Shown piece by piece: positions 36,955-45,912 of a DNA stretch of 64,000 nt; positions within the stretch are counted from its first letter, which is position 1, and each line of letters starts with the position of its first letter. Source of the stretch: a bacterium (GTDB lineage Bacteria; Patescibacteriota; Minisyncoccia; Minisyncoccales; CG1-02-41-26); the NCBI GenBank assembly GCA_030603395.1, contig JAUVXX010000002.1, positions 15,807-79,806 of the forward strand, written 5' to 3'. Made by a program: the position numbers and the translations under genes. The notes beneath the pieces are model-generated. The model saw only the letters and a program-made list of their open reading frames with translations. It searched no databases and was not told the DNA's origin.

Positions 36955-37646
36955 TTCAGAAATTCTTTAATTTTTTGAGCTAAAAGTTGAGGGTTCTCTG
37001 AATGAGGATTGTGTCTAATGTTTTTTAAAATTTCCAACTGAGAGAATTTTATTTCTTCTTTTATTAGATAAGCATCCCTTAATGGAAGGGTTTTATCTTT
37101 TTCACCCCACAAAATTAAAACCGGAACTTTTATTTCTTTCAAAAGGGGTATTAGATCTTCTTCAATTACTTTTTTAAAAGTATCTTTTAAATAACCTTTA
37201 ACTTCTAAATAATCTGTTTTCTTAACCACAAATTTATAGAACAATTTTCTAAAGAAATTATACCTCGGCAAAAAAGAAAATTTTTTGAGGCGAGGAGTTA
37301 AAAATTGGATAGTTAGTTTTTTTAAAGCTCTTTTTGATTCAACACCTCCTGCTGACACCAAAATCAAACCGAAAAGTTTCTGGGGATATTTAATGGCAAA
37401 CTTTATGGCTATTCTTCCTCCAAAGGAATGCCCCAACAAAAAAAATTTCTCTCTGTCTTGAGAAAAATCTTTGAGCCATTCAACATAATCATCCAAATTC
37501 CATGGCTTCTCTAATTCGGTTCCTGGCTTAAAACCGGGAATATCCGGGACAATAACCTCAATTTCGTCACTCTCAATATTTTCTTTCACCTTTTGCCATC
37601 TTTCCTCCGAACTTTGCCAGCCGTGTAAAATAATTAGAGTTTTCAT
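36951..37646 (-). CDS. alpha/beta-fold hydrolase
   Basis: Nucleophile elbow GHSFGG and C-terminal His (RHNPHSE). Confidence 0.7.
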   Translation of the reverse strand: MKTLIILHGWQSSEERWQKVKENIESDEIEVIVPDIPGFKPGTELEKPWNLDDYVEWLKDFSQDREKFFLLGHSFGGRIAIKFAIKYPQKLFGLILVSAGGVESKRALKKLTIQFLTPRLKKFSFLPRYNFFRKLFYKFVVKKTDYLEVKGYLKDTFKKVIEEDLIPLLKEIKVPVLILWGEKDKTLPLRDAYLIKEEIKFSQLEILKNIRHNPHSENPQLLAQKIKEFLK

Positions 37647-37669
37647 TTTCGTAGTGAAGCGAGAGAAAT

Positions 37670-38938
37670 TTATTTTCTTGGGATAATTTTGAAACCAAGA
37701 TATTTTTGTAAAACTTTTGGTACGTCAACCCTTCCGTCTTTTCTTTGATAGTTCTCTAAAATAGCAATGAGAATTCGGGGAGAAGCCAAGACAGTATTGT
37801 TTAAGGCATGGACAAATCTCTTTTCTCCCTTCTCCGTCTTATATCTTATGTTCAATCTTCTTGGTTGCCAATCAGTTAGGTTGGAATCGGAGTGGGTTTC
37901 ACCATAATTCTCACGGGAAGGCATCCAGGTTTCAATATCATACATTTTATACTTACCAGCCCCCATCTCACCGGTGGAAATTTGAACTACTCTGTAGGGT
38001 AATTTCAATTCTTCTAAAATCTCCTGGGAAATTTTTCTCATTTCTTCAAGCCAGTAATTTGACTCTTTGATATTGTCTTTACATAAAACTACCTGTTCGA
38101 CCTTCATAAACTCATGAATTCTATAAAGACCCTTGGTATCTTTTCCGTAACTGCCAATTTCTGAACGATAACATTGAGAAAACCCACAAATTTTTTGAGG
38201 TAAATCTTTTTCTTCCAGAATGGTATCTGAGAAATAAGCAAGTAGGGATGGCTCGGCAGTTCCTGCCAGGAAAACCGGCTCTTTGATTTCTTGTCCGTCA
38301 GCTAATCTGCCGGGATTGGCAATCTGATAAATATCTTCTTTACCGAAAGGAAAATGGCCCGACCCCCGGAGGACAAATTCTTTTATTATGGTAGGTGGAA
38401 GCATGGACACAAATCCCTTGTTGATTATCTTCAAAAGCGCATACCATAAAACAGCATAATGCAAGAGAACCGCCTCATTTTTCAAATAATAACCACGAAA
38501 ACCAGACACCTTGACTCCTTTCTCAACGTCAATTAAATCCAGGTCCTTACCAAGCTGAAGATGGTCTTTAATTTTGAAATCAAATTTGGGAATCTTACCC
38601 CACTGATGAACTTCTTTGTTGTATGATTCATCAGGACCCACCGGCGTGTCTTCGGAATAAACATTGGGGGTGAGCAGCATCAGTTCCTGATATTCTTTTC
38701 CTACTTCCACCAGCTCCCCTGAAAGAGTTTTAAATTTACCTTTGATTTCCCTTGCTTTCTCTAAATCTTCTCTGCCAAGTTTTTTCTGTTGAGCCCGAAG
38801 TTCCTCTGATTGTTTAATTAATTCTCTCCGCTTCTTGTCTAATTCAAGGAGATGATCTACGTCAAGACCAATATTCTTTGCCTTACAAATTTCTTTAACT
38901 TTCTCCGGATTTTGACGAATAAAATTAATGTCTAACAT
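37670..38938 (-). CDS. serS: seryl-tRNA synthetase
   Basis: N-terminal coiled-coil arm and class II core (CYRSEIGSYGKDTKGLYRIHEF, NNTVLASPRIL). Confidence 0.9.
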   Translation of the reverse strand: MLDINFIRQNPEKVKEICKAKNIGLDVDHLLELDKKRRELIKQSEELRAQQKKLGREDLEKAREIKGKFKTLSGELVEVGKEYQELMLLTPNVYSEDTPVGPDESYNKEVHQWGKIPKFDFKIKDHLQLGKDLDLIDVEKGVKVSGFRGYYLKNEAVLLHYAVLWYALLKIINKGFVSMLPPTIIKEFVLRGSGHFPFGKEDIYQIANPGRLADGQEIKEPVFLAGTAEPSLLAYFSDTILEEKDLPQKICGFSQCYRSEIGSYGKDTKGLYRIHEFMKVEQVVLCKDNIKESNYWLEEMRKISQEILEELKLPYRVVQISTGEMGAGKYKMYDIETWMPSRENYGETHSDSNLTDWQPRRLNIRYKTEKGEKRFVHALNNTVLASPRILIAILENYQRKDGRVDVPKVLQKYLGFKIIPRK

Positions 38939-38939
38939 A

Positions 38940-40415
38940 TTACTCTTTTGGTCGCATGGTTGGGAATAAAATTACCTCTCTCAAGCTGTGAGAGTCGGTT
39001 AACAGTGCTGTCAACCTGTCAATGCCCAGACCGAAGCCGGCGGCTGGTGGCATACCATACTCTAAAGCAGTCAGAAAATCCTCATCCATTCTTTGAGCTT
39101 CTTCTAATCCTTTTTTGTATAATTTTTCTTGCTCCTCAAACCTTTTTCTTTGTTCAACTGGGTCATTTAACTCAGAAAAAACTTTTATTAATTCCCAACC
39201 AGCAGCAAATCCTTGAAAACAGGCTAATTTCTTTGGGTTTTTTTCAAAGGTTTTTGATAAAGGAAAGGCTCCGGTTGGATAATGAAGAACGAAGGTGGGC
39301 TGTTGAATTTTTGGCTGGCAGAGTTTTTTGAAAATTTTATCGGCAATTTGTGGTTTTTGAGCTCCCTTTTCCAGTTTAACTCCTAACTTTTTGGTTTCTC
39401 TAGCTAATCCTTCTTTGGAAAGGTCTTCTAGGTTCAATCCAGTTTCTTCCTGAAAGAGTTCAAAGAAATCAACTCTTTTCCAGGGTGATTTAAAGTCTAC
39501 CTTTTTTCCATTGTATCTTATTTCAAGCTTGCCAAAAATTTTCTTTAACAAAAACTCAAACATTTTCTCGGTGAATTTCATCATATCATTATGGTCAGCA
39601 TAGGCACAGTAGAATTCAAGCATAGTGAAGTCTGGATTGTGAGCTTTATCTATGCCTTCATTCCGGAAACACTTTCCAATTTCGTAAACTTTCTCAAAAC
39701 CACCAACCAGCAATTTCTTTAAATAAAGTTCAGTAGCAATTCTCAAATACAAATCTATATCAAGAGCATTTAAATGAGTTTTAAAGGGTCGGGCTTCGGC
39801 TCCTCCGTAAATCGGCTGTAAGATGGGGGTTTCAACCTCCAAAAATCCTTCTTGCTCCAAAAATTCTCTCAAGGTTTTTATAATCTGCGCTCTTCTTTCA
39901 AATTTTTCTCTTACCTTTTTATTAAACAGTAAGTCCAAATATCTTTTTCGGTATCTTTCTTCAATGTCTTGAAGTCCGTGCCATTTCTCTGGCAGAGGAA
40001 GCAAGGATTTTACCAGAAAGTTGAAATCGGAAACCTCAATTGTTTTCTCGCCAGTTTTTGTTTTCATTAAAGTTCCCTTGACTTCAAGAAAATCACCGAT
40101 GTCCACCAGTTCTTGGAAAAACTGATATCCCTTCTCCCCTACTTTGTTTTTTCGCAAAAGTGCCTGGATTTTGCCCGAACCATCTTCAATATCAAAAAAA
40201 GTAGCTCCGCCATGACCCCGAAGAGTCCTTATCCTTCCAACAACAACTACCTCTTGTTTTTTTCTAGCTAATCTGGAAAATTCCTCAAGAACCTCCCCTA
40301 TTTTATGGGTTCTCCTTGTCTTTTGAGGATAAGGGTTAAGTCCCGAATCCAGAATTCTCTTTAACTTTCTTAAGCGATTTTTCCTAATTTCCGGAAGATT
40401 AGCCATATATTCCAT
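38940..40415 (-). CDS. lysS: lysyl-tRNA synthetase, class II
   Basis: OB fold plus class II motifs (FRNEGIDKAHNPDFTMLEFY, GFGLGIDRL). The track's TTG start at 40442 overlaps a terminator T-tract, so the ATG at 40415 (MEYMANLPE) is preferred. Confidence 0.9.
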   Translation of the reverse strand: MEYMANLPEIRKNRLRKLKRILDSGLNPYPQKTRRTHKIGEVLEEFSRLARKKQEVVVVGRIRTLRGHGGATFFDIEDGSGKIQALLRKNKVGEKGYQFFQELVDIGDFLEVKGTLMKTKTGEKTIEVSDFNFLVKSLLPLPEKWHGLQDIEERYRKRYLDLLFNKKVREKFERRAQIIKTLREFLEQEGFLEVETPILQPIYGGAEARPFKTHLNALDIDLYLRIATELYLKKLLVGGFEKVYEIGKCFRNEGIDKAHNPDFTMLEFYCAYADHNDMMKFTEKMFEFLLKKIFGKLEIRYNGKKVDFKSPWKRVDFFELFQEETGLNLEDLSKEGLARETKKLGVKLEKGAQKPQIADKIFKKLCQPKIQQPTFVLHYPTGAFPLSKTFEKNPKKLACFQGFAAGWELIKVFSELNDPVEQRKRFEEQEKLYKKGLEEAQRMDEDFLTALEYGMPPAAGFGLGIDRLTALLTDSHSLREVILFPTMRPKE

Positions 40416-40450
40416 TGTAATATTAAATCTCCAAAAAAACAATTAAAAAA

Positions 40451-40517
40451 ATCTCCATAATCTTGGAGATAAAATTTATATGGGGAGACAGAAAACTTAT
40501 CGTTGCCCTGTCTCCCC
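40451..40517 (-). terminator. tandem hairpins terminating the 40544-41014 gene
   Basis: ggggagacag..ctgtctcccc (10 bp), then atctcca..tggagat followed on the minus strand by ttttttaattgttttttt. Confidence 0.6.
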
Positions 40518-40543
40518 ATCTATACTATAAAAACTCGTGCTAT

Positions 40544-41014
40544 TTATATCTGCGCCTGTCCTTCTTTTAACCTCTTTTCAGTTTCAAGAAGAGCAAGCAT
40601 AACAACAGCGGAAATAACCATTTCTGCTATTGCTTCGTCTGTTTGACTCTTCGCCCCGGAAACCGCCACGCAAATTCCATCACGAACGGCTCCTCCGGCA
40701 TAAAGATACTCCCCTTTCTTTAACTGCCATGGCTTGGTCGCTACCACAATACTGGTATTCACGCCTTCACGCTCAACCACGCGCAGTTTTCTCTCGGCTA
40801 TCTCGCCAAAATCCTTTTCTTCGCCCCATGCCTCTTGCCATCCCATGGCTGGCCCGAAATAGAAACTGATTATCCCTTCCAATCCAGGTACTTTTACTCT
40901 CCCATCTACCCATTCAGGCCCCCAAATCATGTCCGACGCACTAAGAATTTCCTCGGCGGCGGGTTCAACAAGCTTTATGGCTCTTTCTACCAATTCTCTT
41001 GTCAAGATTCTCAT
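40544..41014 (-). CDS. hypothetical protein, distantly GlcG/HbpS (DUF336)-like; orphan with strong SD
   Basis: The C-terminal half (YAGGAVRDGICVAVSGAKSQTDEAIAEM) resembles the GGxPI..IGAIGVSG..QD motif of DUF336. GGAAGGGGGAG sits just upstream of the ATG. Visibly GC-richer than its surroundings. Confidence 0.35.
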   Translation of the reverse strand: MRILTRELVERAIKLVEPAAEEILSASDMIWGPEWVDGRVKVPGLEGIISFYFGPAMGWQEAWGEEKDFGEIAERKLRVVEREGVNTSIVVATKPWQLKKGEYLYAGGAVRDGICVAVSGAKSQTDEAIAEMVISAVVMLALLETEKRLKEGQAQI

Positions 41015-41119
41015 TTTCTCCCCCTTCCTTCATTTTGTTTTTTTGATTCTTTTCTTATCTACAACACCTATGAACTTTTAAAATAGCTAGATAATCCTAC
41101 TTCTTTTCTACTACTTTAT

Positions 41120-41147
41120 ATTTTACCCTATTATATAAAAAAGTCAA
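41120..41147 (-). promoter_or_regulatory. sigma70-like promoter TTGACT-16-TAAAAT for the 40544-41014 gene
   Basis: -35 at 41142-41147 and -10 at 41120-41125 (minus strand). Implies a ~100-nt leader. Confidence 0.5.
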
Positions 41148-41159
41148 GTAACAGCCATC

Positions 41160-43160
41160 TTAGTTTTTGGGGCGGGAAGTAAAGTACCATTCCAGCACCT
41201 CCTTAGCGACTTTTTGGGCGGCGATTCTGGTACCCTCTACTTTTTCAATAACCAGAGTCAAAACAATTTCAGGTGATTGATAGGGAGCAAAAACTGTTAT
41301 CCAGTTATGGTAAATTTCTTTTTTAGGATAAATTTGAGCCGTCCCGGTTTTAGCAGCAGCAGTAACCGGCAAAGAACTTAAAGAAAAAGCGGAACCTCCA
41401 GGAGAACTCACTGCCTGCAGCATTCCCTCTCTAATAACCTCAAGGGATGCAGAGCTGATGAAATTCTCCCTTATTAGTTCCTCAGCCAGTACTTCTTTCT
41501 GGCTTCCGTCGGCCGCCAAAATTTCTTTGGCTATTTTTGGTTTAAAAATTTTGCCTCCATTGGCCAAGGCCTGAAAGGCAGTAGCCATTTGCAAGGGGGT
41601 AGCCAAAAAATAACCTTGGCCAATTGAAATATTATAAGTATCTCCCAAGTACCACTTTTGCTGCTCGGGTCCCTCAAAGTAATTTTCCTTCCAATCGGGG
41701 TCGGGAACCCTGCCCTCAACCTCTCCGGGTAAATCTACGCCGGTTCTCTCTCCTAAGCCGAACAGACGCAGATATTTTGCTATATTTTCAATTCCTAATC
41801 CTTCAAATTCTTTTGGCAAATTGGGATTAAAAAATTCACTGGCTGTTGACGGCGAAACATACCCCCCGCCAATCATGTAAAAGAAGGGGTTAACTGATTC
41901 GGCTATGGCTCTTCTGATATTGGTCCAGCCATGGAACATCCAATCAGGAAAACATTCGGGCTCTCCCGTATATTTATGCTCAAGACAAAGTTCCAAAGGA
42001 CAATAAAGTTGGGTTGATTCTGAAACTATGTTTTCTTCCAAGGCCGCCAGCCCTATCAAAGGTTTAATCATTGAGCCGGTTGGATAACGACCGCCAATGA
42101 CCCGATTAAGTTGAGGATTTCTTTCATCCTGATTGAGTTCTTGAAGTTCGTCTTGGGTAATCCCTCTGGCAAAAAGATTATTGTTAAAGGAAGGAAGGGA
42201 AACTAAAGCTAAAATTTCACCGTTTTGAGGGTTGATGGCGACCGCCGCCCCGATTTGAGCGTCAACCTCCTCAAAAACTTTCTCCAAACTCTCCACAATC
42301 TTTTTTTGTAAAGAAAAATCCAAACTTAAGACTAAACTGCTTCCCGACTGAGGACTCTCTTTTATTTTTCTTGAAATCTCCCTCCCCTGCACATCTCTTT
42401 CTATTTCAAGCACTCCTTTCCTTTCAGCTAAAACTTCCTCATACCATCTTTCCACCCCCTCCTTGCCCACATAATCCTCCATTTCATAAGCTTCTTTGAG
42501 CTCTCTAAGGTCTTTAGCAGAAATCTTACCCAGGTAGCCTAAAAGATGGCTTAAACTCTCTTCCTCTTCATATAATCTTTGGGTTCTCTTTTTTACTCTA
42601 ATTCCCGGTAAGTCGTCAATTTTTGTTTCAAGTAAAATTAAATCTCGATGAGAAAGATTTTCCCAAAGCATAATAAGGTCTTGGGAACTCTGGGTAATTT
42701 TTCTTTCCAAATTCTGAAGGTCTTCTCCTAAAATTTCAGCAACTTCCCTTAGAACCTCTTCCCTTGCTGACTGGTTTTGAGAGAGCTCGGATTTTTCAGC
42801 AAAAAGGTCAAACCTGACTTCATTAAAAACAAGTTGCTGCATATTTCTGTCATAAATCACCCCTCTCTCTGCCCGGATACTCAAGGTGATGAATTTATTT
42901 TTCAAAGCCAATGCCTGGTATTTTTGATGCTCCCTGAATTGTAAGTTGGAACTGAAAACCAGGAATGAAATCAAAAGAAAAACTCCCAAGAGAAAGAAAA
43001 TAAAAAAGGCTTTTTTTCTCAAGGGAAGCTCAATTTTTCTTTCTGAAACTTCGTCTTCTTTTTCTTGCTTTTTCAGGAGATCGTCTAAAAAAATTTCTTC
43101 AAATTCAAGCTCTCGATTTGAATTAACTTTTTTCTTTTTACCTTTGAAGGAAAATAGCAT
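41160..43160 (-). CDS. mrdA: penicillin-binding protein 2 (elongasome transpeptidase)
   Basis: N-terminal TM helix; SMIKP (SxxK), SVN (SxN) and KTGTAQ (KTG). Follows mreC-mreD. Confidence 0.85.
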   Translation of the reverse strand: MLFSFKGKKKKVNSNRELEFEEIFLDDLLKKQEKEDEVSERKIELPLRKKAFFIFFLLGVFLLISFLVFSSNLQFREHQKYQALALKNKFITLSIRAERGVIYDRNMQQLVFNEVRFDLFAEKSELSQNQSAREEVLREVAEILGEDLQNLERKITQSSQDLIMLWENLSHRDLILLETKIDDLPGIRVKKRTQRLYEEEESLSHLLGYLGKISAKDLRELKEAYEMEDYVGKEGVERWYEEVLAERKGVLEIERDVQGREISRKIKESPQSGSSLVLSLDFSLQKKIVESLEKVFEEVDAQIGAAVAINPQNGEILALVSLPSFNNNLFARGITQDELQELNQDERNPQLNRVIGGRYPTGSMIKPLIGLAALEENIVSESTQLYCPLELCLEHKYTGEPECFPDWMFHGWTNIRRAIAESVNPFFYMIGGGYVSPSTASEFFNPNLPKEFEGLGIENIAKYLRLFGLGERTGVDLPGEVEGRVPDPDWKENYFEGPEQQKWYLGDTYNISIGQGYFLATPLQMATAFQALANGGKIFKPKIAKEILAADGSQKEVLAEELIRENFISSASLEVIREGMLQAVSSPGGSAFSLSSLPVTAAAKTGTAQIYPKKEIYHNWITVFAPYQSPEIVLTLVIEKVEGTRIAAQKVAKEVLEWYFTSRPKN

Positions 43161-43647
43161 ACTTCTTGGTAAGAAATAAAACTAAAATAATTAAAAGAAA
43201 ACTTAGAAAAAATTCTGAGAAAAAAGAACTTAAATTAAAAGAGATGCCAAAACTTCTTTTAAAAAGGAGGAGTGAAACAAAATTTTCAAAAATCAAAAGG
43301 GTTTTATAAAAGCTAAAATAGATTAAGAAAAGGATGGAAAAACCTAAAATGTTTGATTCTTTAAAAACCCCTGAAATTTTTTGGGTCAAAAAAGAGCTTA
43401 AGGTCAAATTCAGGGTAAAAATACCAAAGGGAATTGATGAAAATAAATCTAAAATTGTTCCCCCTAAAAATCCAGACAGAATCTTCGGGTTCTCAGAAAC
43501 CGAATTTTTCTCAAAGAAAATCAAAAGAAAAACTGAAATTAAAATAAGGTTGCAGGTTCCTCCGAAAAGAGAAAAATGACTGAGAAAGCTTTCTTGAAAT
43601 ATGGCTAAGAAACAGAAAAGTAAAATTAAGACTAATATCTTGCGCAT
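43138..43647 (-). CDS. mreD: rod shape-determining protein MreD (by position and topology)
   Basis: 169-aa polytopic membrane protein between mreC and PBP2. Confidence 0.55.
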   Translation of the reverse strand: MRKILVLILLFCFLAIFQESFLSHFSLFGGTCNLILISVFLLIFFEKNSVSENPKILSGFLGGTILDLFSSIPFGIFTLNLTLSSFLTQKISGVFKESNILGFSILFLIYFSFYKTLLIFENFVSLLLFKRSFGISFNLSSFFSEFFLSFLLIILVLFLTKKYAIFLQR

Positions 43648-44441
43648 TAAAATTTTCTAATGATGAATAAAGTTCCGAAATCTAGTTCCGGGAAAAAAGG
43701 TTTTATTTCTCCAGTAAGGAACGGCTCAGCATCGCTTCTCTTGAAGGAGCTGACAATGCCCACCAAAAGACCCTGAGGAAAATCCCCTCCCAGGCGGGAA
43801 CTCATCACCACGTTTCCCTCTTTAATTTGGGCTTCCTTGGGAATAAATTGGAACCGAACCCTGAATTCTCCCTTTCCTTCAGCCAGCCCCAAAACTTTTT
43901 CATTCTCCATGAGAACCTCAACGTCAAAAGTAATGTCTCCGTTGGAAATCAAGATTACTTCAGAAAAATCATCAAAAACTTCCCCAACTTTGCCCAAGAG
44001 CACTCTCTCTGAAGTAATAACCGGCATCCCTTGAAGAATCCCATCTTCCCTCCCCTGGTTAATCAAAATAAAATCCCCTTCAGTAGCTCTGGAGATTACT
44101 TTGGCTAAACTTAAAGTAAAATCTTTTTCAAGTCCCAAATTTAAGACCTCTCTCAGTGTCTCGTTTTCTCCAGCAACCTCTCGGAGAGCAATAATCTGAT
44201 GCTGGAGTTCTAAATTTATTTTTTCAAGTTCCTGGTTCCTTTTTTTCAGGCTCTCTATTTCAAAAAGAGCTCCCAAACCAGAGGAAACTTTTTCCCCGGC
44301 TTCCCAAAAGGCCTCTCCGACAGGAGCTGAAAGTAGAAAAACGGTGTTTCTTATTTTCCCTATTCCTAATTTGTTCAGACCGAAAAATATCAAAAAGATT
44401 ATTAAAAGAATTAAAAGAGGTTTTGCTTTTCCAAGATTCAT
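43647..44441 (-). CDS. mreC: rod shape-determining protein MreC
   Basis: TM anchor, coiled coil (ELEKINLELQHQIIALRE) and beta-barrel repeats (GMPVIT.., LLGKVGEV). Confidence 0.8.
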   Translation of the reverse strand: MNLGKAKPLLILLIIFLIFFGLNKLGIGKIRNTVFLLSAPVGEAFWEAGEKVSSGLGALFEIESLKKRNQELEKINLELQHQIIALREVAGENETLREVLNLGLEKDFTLSLAKVISRATEGDFILINQGREDGILQGMPVITSERVLLGKVGEVFDDFSEVILISNGDITFDVEVLMENEKVLGLAEGKGEFRVRFQFIPKEAQIKEGNVVMSSRLGGDFPQGLLVGIVSSFKRSDAEPFLTGEIKPFFPELDFGTLFIIRKF

Positions 44442-44449
44442 ATTATTTA

Positions 44450-44478
44450 ATTATACCTCTAGAGAGAAATTTAACCAA
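44450..44478 (-). promoter_or_regulatory. promoter TTGGTT-17-TATAAT, 8 nt upstream of the mreC ATG (leaderless-type)
   Basis: -35 at 44473-44478, -10 at 44450-44455, ATG at 44439-44441 (minus strand). Confidence 0.5.
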
Positions 44479-44502
44479 AATAAGAACCTTGCCTTCGGCA
44501 AG
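44476..44502 (-). terminator. short hairpin plus U-tract after 5S rRNA
   Basis: Minus strand: cttgcc-gaa-ggcaag followed by gttcttatttt. Confidence 0.45.
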
Positions 44503-44555
44503 AACCTTGATTTCGGTAAGGTAAAATAAATAATTCCGAAATTTAAAACCCTAGT

Positions 44556-44664
44556 AACTGGCGGCGACCTACTTTCGCCCTAAAGGACTATCATCGGCCC
44601 TGGGGTATTTCACTTCCGTGTTCGGAATGGGAACGGGTGGGACAACCCCGGCATTACCGCCAAA
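44556..44664 (-). rRNA. rrf: 5S ribosomal RNA
   Basis: Reverse complement reads UUUGGCGGUAAUGCC..CCCACCCGUUCCCAUUCCGAACACGGAAGUGAAA..GGUCGCCGCCAGUU, alignable by eye to bacterial 5S. Confidence 0.9.
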
Positions 44665-44695
44665 TACTAAGGTTTTAACTATATGAAATATTGAA

Positions 44696-44722
44696 AATGA
44701 TGATGATTGATTACCGGCTAAG
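44696..44722 (-). other. 3' strand of the ~27-bp 23S processing stem (pairs with 48093-48120)
   Basis: CUUAGCCGGUAAUCAAUCAUCAUCAUU is complementary to AAUGAUGAUGCAUUGAUUACCGGCUAAG with one bulge. This is RNase III-type precursor stem geometry. Confidence 0.7.
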
Positions 44723-44993
44723 AAGTTTGATCGATTAGTATCCCTCAGCTCAAGGCGTTACCGCCCTTCCACTTGGGACCTATCAAGGTCGTCATCTTCG
44801 ACCGATCTCAACGAGTCCTAATCTTGAGGTGGGCTTCGCACTTAGATGCTTTCAGTGCTTATCCCGAACCAACTTAGCTACCCAGCAATGCTCCTGGTGG
44901 AACAGCTGGTAGACCAGAGGTTAACTCCGGAAGGTCCTCTCGTACTATTCCGGACTCCTCTCAAGACTCAGCGCCTGCGGTAGATAGGGACCA

Positions 44994-45028
<35 letters not shown>

Positions 45029-45659
45029 ACTTTTTAATTGGCGAACAGCCAAACCCTTGGGACCTTTTCCAGCCCCAGGATAAGTTGAGCCGACATCGAG
45101 GTGTCGAACAGGATCGTCGATGGGAACTCTCGGATCCTACTAACCTGTTATCCCCGGGGTAACTTTTATCTGATTATCTCCCCCAATTCTATGAATTGAG
45201 GTCGGTTCACTAAGTTCTGGTTTCCCAACTGCGCGACATATCCGTCTTGCAGTAAAGTCGGCTTTTCCCTTTGCGGTATCACTCCGATTTCCATCCGGAG
45301 TTAGCCGACCTTTAAACGCCTCCGTTACCTTTTAGGAGGCAAGCGCCCCACTTAAACTACCCATTAGACACTGTTTCCACCGATAAGGCAGATTAGAACC
45401 AAGATTTCAGAAGGGTGGTGTTTCATTGGTGACTCCGCCCCGACCGAAATCGGGACATCAACATCTCCCACCTACACTACGCATCCAAAGTCAAAGCTCA
45501 ATATCTAACTATAGTAAAGCTCCCGGGGTCTTTCCGTCTAGCCGCAGGTAAAGGGCATCTTCACCCCTATTGCATTTTCACCGGGCACCTGGTTGAGACA
45601 GTCCCCTAGTCGTGAAGCCTTTCATGCAGGCCGTAACTTACACGGCAAGGGATTACGCT

Positions 45660-45912
45660 CAATAATGTTAAATCCTTAATGGAATTCTCTTTGTCGCCAA
45701 AGAGCTCGGACCATATCTTCACCGTCTTAATTTGTAATTATTGACGGGTCCGGCGTATGGCCTCTGAGGATTCCGAGTACATAACTTTTTATGTGCTCGG
45801 TCTTTCCTGCTGATTGTCTGCACCGGACGCTTTTTTACTCTTATCAGAGTAGCGCCGGATACACCAGAGTTTCCAGCATATAGCCGGATTTTATTAAAGC
45901 AACGCGCTGATT
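45660..45912 (-). mobile_element. ORF-less candidate group I intron in 23S rDNA at E. coli site L1931
   Basis: The exon alignment breaks between ..GUUAAAGU and AGCGUAAUCC (E. coli ..CCUAAGGU|AGCGAAAUUCC). The 5' exon ends in U and the insert ends in G. The internal guide GCUUUAA pairs with exon UUAAAGU (P1 with a U.G pair). A GNRA-capped hairpin CUCUUUG-GCGA-CAAAGAG is present. Confidence 0.65.
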
